Positions 11,169 to 17,856 of a stretch of DNA of 32,000 nucleotides are shown here, piece by piece; position 1 is the first letter of the stretch; each line of letters opens with the position of its first letter. Below the pieces are notes generated by a model. The model ran no database searches and was not told where the DNA came from. It saw only the letters and a program-made list of their open reading frames with translations. Location of the stretch: contig NZ_RSDW01000001.1 in NCBI RefSeq assembly GCF_003945235.1, positions 660,001 through 692,000 of the forward strand, given 5' to 3'. This stretch comes from Edaphobacter aggregans (GTDB lineage: Bacteria > Acidobacteriota > Terriglobia > Terriglobales > Acidobacteriaceae). Both the position numbers and the translations under genes were made by a program.

Positions 11169-11243
11169 ACAGCTACCGCCCCTAGCAGGCAGGAGAAAGG
11201 CTTGACACGAACTTTGCGGACTTGTTTCTTGCTGGTTGATGTC

Positions 11244-11304
11244 ACCCTCCTTTCCTATACTTTTTTCGCAAAGTATTCATTGCAAATGATTTAAGCTTGG
11301 ACTT
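11244..11304. repeat. Intergenic repeat, copy 2 (~60 nt)
   Basis: Same ordered blocks as copy 1 (ATACTTTTT..CAAAGTATTCATTG..AAGCTT..GGACTT), 135 nt downstream in the same orientation. Small indels lie between the blocks. Confidence 0.6.
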
Positions 11305-11323
11305 GTTTTGTTTGGTCCAATTG

Positions 11324-11354
11324 AAAAGCCCCAGCCGCTGGTGCCTGGGGCTTT
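11324..11354. terminator. Bidirectional terminator-like hairpin
   Basis: AAAAGCCCCAG (11324-11334) / CTGGGGCTTT (11345-11354) with a 10-nt loop. An A-run precedes and a T-run follows, so it could terminate transcription from either strand of this convergent region. Confidence 0.6.
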
Positions 11355-11535
11355 ATCTAACTCTCTATCTAGTTTAGCTGGTTGGATGGAGCAGATCGGC
11401 AATGCGGATCTTGTTTATTTTGTTGGTTTTATGTGAGATTGTGATTTGACAACGAGTTTCGATCGTCAGTCCTAAGTTGGCGGGATGGCAGTTCGCAAAA
11501 GAGCAACGCTCATGTCGAAATGACAGGTGGGAGGT

Positions 11536-11575
11536 GGCAATAGAAAGAGCCAGCGACTAAGGTCACTGGCTCTTT
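11536..11575 (-). terminator. Rho-independent terminator of the beta-propeller gene
   Basis: 13-bp stem 11545-11557 / 11562-11574, loop TAAG. The single mismatch is C:A on the + strand but G:U on the minus-strand RNA. On the minus strand it is followed by TTTCTATTG. It lies 13 nt after the stop at 11588. Confidence 0.7.
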
Positions 11576-11587
11576 GTTAGGGGAGGG

Positions 11588-12637
11588 CTACTTGCGTCCG
11601 ACCACCAGGATGGTGAAGCTGCCGGGGATCACCTGGGCACGAGGGCGGGGATTCTCGGCGGTGGCTGCGGGTTTGGGGCCGAACTCGGCGGCGACGAGGT
11701 AGATGCGGCCTGTGCCTGAGTCAAAAGCCATGGTACGGGCGCTTTTCTGCGTCGCCACATTCTGCAAGACTTTATAGACCGGGCTGCTTGTGTCGACTAC
11801 GGTCAACGTGCCGTCGCCGTTAGAGCTGAAGGCCAATTGATGCTTTGCGTCGTAGCCTGCAGCGTCGGGCGAGTCGCCTATTTCAGGTGTCGCGATCACC
11901 TTACCGGAGGTGTAGTCGGTGACAGCCATCTTTTTACCATCGCAGACGGAGAAGAGACGATGGTGATCGGTGTCGATGGCCATGCCGGAGGGAGACTCGC
12001 ATCCGGTGAGCGGCCACTCCGCTGTGACGGTCTTGGATTTCGCATCGAGCTTGACGATGGAGTTTTTAGTCTCGATGTTGACGAAGACGTTGCCCTTGCC
12101 GTCGACGGTCGGGAACTCGGGCTTGCCGGAGAGCTTGATGGTGGCGACAACTTTCTGTGTGGCTGTGTCGATGACGCTGGCGTCCTGGCTGCGGCCGTTG
12201 AAGGCCCAGACGGTTTTAGTGACGGGCTCGTAGACGATGCCGTCGGGGTTGGTTCCGGCGGGGATGGTGGCCACGACTTTGAAGGTGTGGCGGTCGAAAG
12301 CGTCTACGGCGTTACCAGCTCCGTCGCTTACGTAGCCATACTGGCCTTTGTCGTCGAGGGCTACGCCGTGAGTGCTCTTGAAGCCGGTGAGCGCGCCTGC
12401 GGGCTTGCCAGTTGTCGTGTCGATCACCTCAACGCGCGGGCCGTGGGTGACGTAGAGGAGATGTGCGCCGGGATCGGCAATGAGATAGTCCCAGCCGCCT
12501 TCACCGCCGATATTCCAGCGATTCTCAACCTGATACTGTTGTGCGAAAGCGGAGGAGCAGGTGGCCAAAAGGCCGAGCGAGAGTCCGCTCACGAGGGCCG
12601 TACGGCTAAAGAAGCGGCGATAGGACGAGGACAGCAT
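11588..12637 (-). CDS. Secreted YncE/YVTN-type seven-bladed beta-propeller protein
   Basis: Repeated propeller-blade pattern (e.g. LLYVTHGPRVEVIDTTTGK, YGYVSDGAGNAVDAFDRHTFK, VWAFNGRSQDASVIDTATQK, LAFSSNGDGTLTVVDTSS). Signal peptide MLSSSYRRFFSRTALVSGLSLGLLATCSSAFAQ. The track start 12679 is a TTG; ATG 12637 has GGAG 5 nt upstream. Confidence 0.8.
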   Translation of the reverse strand: MLSSSYRRFFSRTALVSGLSLGLLATCSSAFAQQYQVENRWNIGGEGGWDYLIADPGAHLLYVTHGPRVEVIDTTTGKPAGALTGFKSTHGVALDDKGQYGYVSDGAGNAVDAFDRHTFKVVATIPAGTNPDGIVYEPVTKTVWAFNGRSQDASVIDTATQKVVATIKLSGKPEFPTVDGKGNVFVNIETKNSIVKLDAKSKTVTAEWPLTGCESPSGMAIDTDHHRLFSVCDGKKMAVTDYTSGKVIATPEIGDSPDAAGYDAKHQLAFSSNGDGTLTVVDTSSPVYKVLQNVATQKSARTMAFDSGTGRIYLVAAEFGPKPAATAENPRPRAQVIPGSFTILVVGRK

Positions 12638-12718
12638 GGAGGCTCCAGAGATAGATTTGTCTGGAGACAAGTATGTCAAGAGCGGGTTAAGAGAAGCTGA
12701 AGATTGGCGACGGAAACA

Positions 12719-13957
12719 CTACTCGTAGCGGAGAGCCTCGATAGGATCCAGATTCGATGCCTGAATCGCTGGAATCATGCCGCTTATCATCCCAACCAGC
12801 ACAAGGATGACCGTCGCAACGATAACGCTGTTGGGCGAGATGAGCAGATGAATGTCCGCGGCATCAGCATTTGAAGCGATCGCGCTATAGAACTTGATGC
12901 TAACTATCGTCTTGCTTACGGCGTAGGCCAATGCGATGCCAGCAACTCCGCCGATGCCGGTGATGACCATGGCTTCGGCAAGAAACTGCATCAGGATGTG
13001 GCGTTTTCGCGCGCCCAGAGCCTTCTCCACGCCGATCTCACGCGTGCGCTGCTGTACGCTGACCAGCATGATGTTCATCAGGCCGATGCCCGCAATACCC
13101 AGCGTCAGCGCACCGATGAAGAGCAGGAGCGCCTGTAGTCCAAGCGATATGATGCGGAATTGCGAGAGCTGCTCCATGATGTTGGCAACGTAGATGGCGT
13201 TGCGATCCGAGGGCCGGAAGCTATGCGAGGACGCGAGGGTGTTGCGCAGCGCGCGCTCCACTTCCGTGTGGTTTCCGTTGAAGTTCATCCAGATGCCGTC
13301 GATGTACTTGATGTCCTTTAGGTCGCCCATGGTGCTGAAGGGAATGTAGACGATGCGGTTAATGTTGTCGTCACCCTCCTGCATCTTGGCCTTAAGGACG
13401 CCTATCACTTCGAAGCTAATACCGTTCAATCGGATCTTTTGTCCGAGCGGAAACATCCCGGAGTAAAGCTTCGATTTCGCTTCGGAGCCGATGACCGCAA
13501 CGTGGTTTCGCTGCATGAGATCGGCTGCGGTAAGGAAGCGGCCTTCGCTGACCTCCATTCTCTGGATGTCCTGAAGCTCGGCGGTGACGCCGTTAACATC
13601 CCATGTATAGGTGTGGAGATCGTTCTGCACAGGGACTTGCTTCCACATCACAGGTGAGACGTGGAGGATGCCGGGGACGGTCTCTTGAATGCGTTCGACA
13701 TCGTCCATTTGGAAACGCACCTGAACGCCTGCCTTGGAACCACCTGCCTGCTCACTGGTACGGCCGGGGAAGACGCCGATCATGTTCGTACCGAACTGGG
13801 CGAAGATCGTCTCGAAGGCGCGACCGAATCCGGCTCCATAGGCCAGCAGAAGGACAACTGTGGCGATGCCCCAAGCCATGCCGATGATTGTGATGGCCGT
13901 GCGGCGGCCATTATGTTTCATCGCTTCCATTGCCTGTCCGAAGATGTCTCGCAGCAT
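12719..13957 (-). CDS. ABC transporter permease, MacB/FtsX type (paralog 2)
   Basis: 412 aa: N-terminal TM helix (RRTAITIIGMAWGIATVVLLLAYG), a large periplasmic MacB-type core domain of over 200 aa, and a C-terminal FtsX 3-TM module with TREIGVEKALGARKRHIL. It starts 3 nt after the upstream permease stop, with AAGGAG inside the end of that gene. Confidence 0.9.
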   Translation of the reverse strand: MLRDIFGQAMEAMKHNGRRTAITIIGMAWGIATVVLLLAYGAGFGRAFETIFAQFGTNMIGVFPGRTSEQAGGSKAGVQVRFQMDDVERIQETVPGILHVSPVMWKQVPVQNDLHTYTWDVNGVTAELQDIQRMEVSEGRFLTAADLMQRNHVAVIGSEAKSKLYSGMFPLGQKIRLNGISFEVIGVLKAKMQEGDDNINRIVYIPFSTMGDLKDIKYIDGIWMNFNGNHTEVERALRNTLASSHSFRPSDRNAIYVANIMEQLSQFRIISLGLQALLLFIGALTLGIAGIGLMNIMLVSVQQRTREIGVEKALGARKRHILMQFLAEAMVITGIGGVAGIALAYAVSKTIVSIKFYSAIASNADAADIHLLISPNSVIVATVILVLVGMISGMIPAIQASNLDPIEALRYE

Positions 13958-13960
13958 CGT

Positions 13961-15217
13961 CTACTCCTTTCGCAGCGCTTCAACGGGCTGCAGCATCGCA
14001 GCTTTAGTTGCGGGGTAGAGCCCGGCGACGACTCCACAGAGCGTCAGTGTGACCATCGCCATCGCGGCCGACCACGGAACGAGCCGCGGCGGATCGAATC
14101 CCATCTGGTTGTCGCCAAGGGCCTGGCCAAGCAGGAACATGAGTCCGCCCGCGCCTATGATGCCGATCATTCCGCTGATCGCCGTCAGTAGCAGGCCCTC
14201 CAGGAAGAACTGCATCAGGATGCTTCGATTAGTTGCTCCCAGAGCTTTACGCAAACCGATCTCGCGTGTCCGCTCCGTCACCGTCACCAGCATGATGTTG
14301 ATGATGCCGACAGCGCCGAGCGCAAGCGTTACGATCCCGACGCCGCCGAGGAACACATCCATTGCGGTGAAGATTACGCCGACGGTGCGCTGTGATTTGA
14401 TTGTGTCCCACTCTTCGAATGCATCGGTTAGGTTCGGGTCAAATCCGTGTCTGCGCCCAATAATCTTGTGAACCTCGGCCTTTGCGGTCTCGTTCTGGTC
14501 CGGAGTCAATGGCTGGTACTGGATCGAGTAGATCGAATCCTGTGGAATGTTGTCGCCCTTCATCGCGAACAACTCCATCATCGTCGACAGGGGAATGTAG
14601 ATCTTCTGGTTGTCGCTATCGTTGTTGCCGCGACCAATCTTATTTGCGACGCCGATCACCTGGAAGCGGTAGCCGTTCAGAGTAATGTATGCGCCCAACG
14701 ATGGACGTCCGGGGAACAGAAGCTTGTTGTTCTTTTGCCCGAGTACAACAACTTGCCGGCTCTGCGCCAGATCGTCCTCGTTAAGGAATCGTCCCTGGGC
14801 AATGGGGAGGTGGCGAATCTCAGGGAAGTTCACCTCGACGCCCATTACGGGCCCACCTGCGCTCGAGAACTCGCTGACTTCCTTCAGGTCTCCTCGATTG
14901 ATCAGCGCAGTCGTATTGCGAACATGCTGGGCTTCGGCACGGATCGCATTCGCATCACTCAGTGTCAGTTTGTACGGCTGCATTCCCGTATGCTGACCTG
15001 GCAGCGCTGGGATTGTGCCTCCAAACATCATGATGAAGTCTGTGCCAATCTCCGACAGACTTCTGCGCTGCCCAGAGCGGAAACCCTCCCCCAAGCCGAT
15101 CAACAACAGCAGTGACGCGACACCCCATGCGATCCCGAACATTGTCAGAAACGACCGCAATTTATTGGCCCCGATCGAGCGGAAGACCTGGGCGAAGATG
15201 TCGAGAAGCGCGCGCAT
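13961..15217 (-). CDS. ABC transporter permease, MacB/FtsX type (paralog 1)
   Basis: 418 aa with the same architecture: LRSFLTMFGIAWGVASLLLLIGLG, a periplasmic core domain, and TREIGLRKALGATNRSIL plus 3 TM. Both paralogs end with the motif EALR(K/Y)E. Confidence 0.9.
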   Translation of the reverse strand: MRALLDIFAQVFRSIGANKLRSFLTMFGIAWGVASLLLLIGLGEGFRSGQRRSLSEIGTDFIMMFGGTIPALPGQHTGMQPYKLTLSDANAIRAEAQHVRNTTALINRGDLKEVSEFSSAGGPVMGVEVNFPEIRHLPIAQGRFLNEDDLAQSRQVVVLGQKNNKLLFPGRPSLGAYITLNGYRFQVIGVANKIGRGNNDSDNQKIYIPLSTMMELFAMKGDNIPQDSIYSIQYQPLTPDQNETAKAEVHKIIGRRHGFDPNLTDAFEEWDTIKSQRTVGVIFTAMDVFLGGVGIVTLALGAVGIINIMLVTVTERTREIGLRKALGATNRSILMQFFLEGLLLTAISGMIGIIGAGGLMFLLGQALGDNQMGFDPPRLVPWSAAMAMVTLTLCGVVAGLYPATKAAMLQPVEALRKE

Positions 15218-15242
15218 GACAGTAATTGGACTACGTTATTCA

Positions 15243-15293
15243 GTTTCTGTTACGCAGAAATGTAGAAACCAGTTCCCTTTGTGACAAGGGAAC
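15243..15293 (-). terminator. Tandem stem-loops between the Rossmann-protein gene and the permease genes (terminator or attenuator)
   Basis: Perfect 8-bp stem GTTCCCTT (15272-15279) / AAGGGAAC (15286-15293) with a 6-nt loop, followed on the minus strand by TGGTTTCTACATTTCTG. A second hairpin is TTTCTG (15244-15249) / CAGAAA (15255-15260). Confidence 0.4.
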
Positions 15294-15305
15294 AGATTTT
15301 GGCGA

Positions 15306-15893
15306 TTAGATGGTCCTCACCGCGTTTTTCATCAGGACGGGAACGTCAGGATCCGGCTCTTGTTGCACGTTTAGGCCCATCGCACGTAGAAAACCTCCGA
15401 CCGCTACCAGCGTCTGCGTCGTCGCGCTCACCGGATATAGCAGCCTAACCGCGCTGCCATTTCCACCGATTAGCTTCCCCCTCACCGCAACGCATCGGTC
15501 GGGCCGGTAGACGCAGGATGCGAGATCGGTGATGCTCAGCGCGTAGCTTGGCGTGCATAGGATGGTCTTCGGGGGCGCCATGCGGTCGATCATGCTGAAT
15601 ATCTCCAGCTTTGATTCCAGTTCGTCCGGAACGAAGTCGACGGCGATGTCAGCCTCGCGCACGGCGTCCTCAACGGTCGAAGCCAGCTCCAGTGCCCCGT
15701 AGGCTCCGCTGAGGCTAGCATCGGCGTACTCGGCTTCAGCTCGCCTGAGTTTCGCAGGCATTACGTCTTCCAATACAACGTAGAGACCAGCCGCAGCACA
15801 CGCCATTGCGAAGCTGCGGCCTGCCTCCCCAGCCCCGATGACCGCAACCGTCCGTATAACGAACGAGGGTTCGGGTGCTGCCGTCTCGGTCAC
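15306..15893 (-). CDS. 3-hydroxyacyl-CoA dehydrogenase NAD-binding-domain-like protein (short, probably non-catalytic)
   Basis: Rossmann motif VAVIGAGEAGRSFAMACAAAGLYVVLED. A later stretch KTILCTPSYALSITDLASCVYRPDRCVAV aligns without gaps to the Hbd/HADH pattern ETILASNTSSLSITE.A....P.K.IG.HFFNP. Only 195 aa, so there is no C-terminal dimerisation domain. The GTG start overlaps the upstream stop (GTGA). Confidence 0.7.
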   Translation of the reverse strand: MTETAAPEPSFVIRTVAVIGAGEAGRSFAMACAAAGLYVVLEDVMPAKLRRAEAEYADASLSGAYGALELASTVEDAVREADIAVDFVPDELESKLEIFSMIDRMAPPKTILCTPSYALSITDLASCVYRPDRCVAVRGKLIGGNGSAVRLLYPVSATTQTLVAVGGFLRAMGLNVQQEPDPDVPVLMKNAVRTI

Positions 15894-16075
15894 TTTTTGC
15901 TCGCGACGGCGTTAATGACAGCTTCGTAGCTTGGTTCAGCGTGCTTGATGTGCTCGGAGACACGCTGCCGTTCATCGTCTGTCAGTGAAGGCAGAACCGC
16001 AAGAATACGGCGCAGCGTGACCGAGATATCGTCTACATAGTTCATGGTGCGGATGGCTTCGCCGGAAAGAGGCAT
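15890..16075 (-). CDS. Hypothetical 61-aa protein, translationally coupled to the Rossmann-protein gene
   Basis: AGGAG lies 5 nt upstream of ATG 16075. The stop overlaps the next gene's GTG start. Composition looks helical (…LRRILAVLPSLTDDERQRVSEHIKHAEPSYEAVINAV). I recognise no family. Confidence 0.55.
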   Translation of the reverse strand: MPLSGEAIRTMNYVDDISVTLRRILAVLPSLTDDERQRVSEHIKHAEPSYEAVINAVASKK

Positions 16076-16111
16076 GGATACTCCTGAAAGATGGAATGCT
16101 ACTCCTCCAGT

Positions 16112-17707
16112 CTAAACGTTCGAGCCCAACTCCGCCCGTTTGGACGCTTCCTCCACGGGCTTGCCGGCATCGATTCCCTCTTTCGGCTCCTCGTACCCGT
16201 CTCGGTCGGTCATCTCCATGAGGGCGGCCAGCTTAGTCGCGAAGTCTGGATGGAGCGCATCGGAGCGGTAGCGCCACGTCCAGTTCCCTGCCCCAGCGGC
16301 CGGGGTATTCATCCGGCACTCACTACCCAAGTGCAGGACGTCCTGCATGGGAATGATGCAGAGATTGGCGACAGAACGGGCGGCCGCACGGATCATTGCC
16401 CAGACAATCTGGCCTTCGTGTCTGATCTGCTGGAGATAAACCTGGGCGTTCTTTCGCTCGATTGGGGTCGCCTCTTCACGCCACCAACCCAGGGTCGTGT
16501 TGTTGTCGTGGGTACCGGTGTACACCACGGTGTTCGGCACGAAGCGATGTGGAAGATAGAGATGACTGCCTCGGCTCGAGAAACCGAACTGCAGAATTCT
16601 CATTCCCGGCATACTGTAGTGCTCGCGCAGTTCATCAACCTCCGGTGTGATCAGGCCAAGGTCTTCGGCGATGAATGGCAGGTTTCCGAAGACTTCCTTC
16701 AGCCGATGGAAGAGCTCGTGTCCGGGCGCTTTCACCCACATTCCGTTGATGGCGGTCTCCTCTTCGGCTGCGATCGACCAGTAGGCCTCGAAGCCACGGA
16801 AGTGATCGAGCCGAATGGAGTCGTAGAGCGACAGGGCTCGACGGATCCGCGCGACCCACCAGTCGAAGCCACGTTCGCGCAGCTCGCCCCATTTGTAGAG
16901 TGGATTTCCCCAACGCTGACCTGTCTTTGAGAAGTAGTCCGGAGGGACACCCGACACGCGGATTGGCTTCCGCTGCTCGTCCAGTTCGAATATCTCCGGA
17001 TGCGTCCACACATCGGCGCTGTCGTAGCTCACGAAGATGGCCACGTCGCCCATAATGCGGATCTTGCGCTCGGCACAGTAGCTTCTGAGGGTGCACCACT
17101 GCTCGTTGAAGAAGAACTGGATCGCCTGTTCCACAGCTAGCTCGCGGCCGAACTGATTCATCACTGCCGTCATGGCATCGTGCTTGCGTTGCGCGTACTC
17201 GACGGGCCACTCGTTCCAACTGACGTAGTTGTACCGCCGTCGCAACACGTTAAACATGGCGTAGTCAGGCAGCCACGAGATATTGCTCTTGCAGAACTTC
17301 TGGAACCGCGCACGCTTATCGTCCGGCGCCCGGTCCAGAAAGTTTCTTGCCGCCTCCTCTATCAGGGGTAGCTTGAGTCGGGTGGCACCTTCGAAGTCCG
17401 CCGGCCCATCATGCCCCGGCAGGCCCTGAATGCGATCCCCTGCGATCCAACCTTCGTCGACCAGCCGCTCCAGGCTGATCAGCAACGGATTTCCTGCAAA
17501 TGCCGACAGAGCCGAGTAGGGTGAACTTCCGTATCCTGTGGGGCTCAGGGGCAAGACCTGCCACAGGCGCTGCTTCGCCGCGGCGAGAAAATCGACGAAG
17601 GCATACGCTGCGGGGCCAAGATCGCCAACGCCCCCATAGGACGGCAATGACGTTACATGCAGCAGAACTCCTGAAATTCGCTCCTGATTGCTGACTTCCC
17701 CACTCAT
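16112..17707 (-). CDS. malQ: 4-alpha-glucanotransferase (amylomaltase, GH77)
   Basis: 531 aa with the GH77 signature blocks GVLLHVTSLPS..GDLGP, PPDYFSKTGQRWGNPLY, IRLDHFRGF, FIAEDLG and YTGTHDNNT. Confidence 0.95.
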   Translation of the reverse strand: MSGEVSNQERISGVLLHVTSLPSYGGVGDLGPAAYAFVDFLAAAKQRLWQVLPLSPTGYGSSPYSALSAFAGNPLLISLERLVDEGWIAGDRIQGLPGHDGPADFEGATRLKLPLIEEAARNFLDRAPDDKRARFQKFCKSNISWLPDYAMFNVLRRRYNYVSWNEWPVEYAQRKHDAMTAVMNQFGRELAVEQAIQFFFNEQWCTLRSYCAERKIRIMGDVAIFVSYDSADVWTHPEIFELDEQRKPIRVSGVPPDYFSKTGQRWGNPLYKWGELRERGFDWWVARIRRALSLYDSIRLDHFRGFEAYWSIAAEEETAINGMWVKAPGHELFHRLKEVFGNLPFIAEDLGLITPEVDELREHYSMPGMRILQFGFSSRGSHLYLPHRFVPNTVVYTGTHDNNTTLGWWREEATPIERKNAQVYLQQIRHEGQIVWAMIRAAARSVANLCIIPMQDVLHLGSECRMNTPAAGAGNWTWRYRSDALHPDFATKLAALMEMTDRDGYEEPKEGIDAGKPVEEASKRAELGSNV

Positions 17708-17731
17708 CGCTCCCCCTCATGCCGCTCAAAA

Positions 17732-17753
17732 CGTATGATGCCCAAATCATACG
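17732..17753. promoter_or_regulatory. Perfect palindrome upstream of malQ (candidate operator or 5'-UTR hairpin)
   Basis: CGTATGAT (17732-17739) - 6 nt - ATCATACG (17746-17753), lying 25-46 nt upstream of the malQ start codon (17707, minus strand). Confidence 0.35.
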
Positions 17754-17798
17754 GTAGCGAGTTGGCGATCGAGTAGTAACGGACAGCTAAAGGAGCGT

Positions 17799-17833
17799 AC
17801 AAAAGCAAACCCCCGAGGGAAAAGCCTCAGGGG
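17799..17833 (-). terminator. Rho-independent terminator of the ppiD-like gene
   Basis: The minus-strand RNA reads CCCCTGAGG-cttttc-CCTCGGGGG (8 bp plus one bulged A), followed by TTTGCTTTTGT. It starts 23 nt after the stop at 17857. Confidence 0.75.
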
Positions 17834-17856
17834 TCCATGCTGCGATTTGTCGACTG

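Noticed and set aside
11091-11294. 67-aa + strand ORF in the RND/propeller intergenic region.
   Set aside because: It is assembled from the terminator hairpin and the two ~60-nt repeats. The repeat copies differ by indels that would not preserve a protein. There is no SD.
11837-12700. 287-aa ORF antisense to the beta-propeller gene.
   Set aside because: It mirrors the propeller repeats as Gly/Asp/Val-rich low-complexity sequence. There is no start context. The opposite strand has a signal peptide, an SD and a terminator.
16091-16930. 279-aa ORF antisense to malQ.
   Set aside because: The GH77 catalytic blocks are on the minus strand. The + frame has no recognisable features and begins in the malQ 3' flank.
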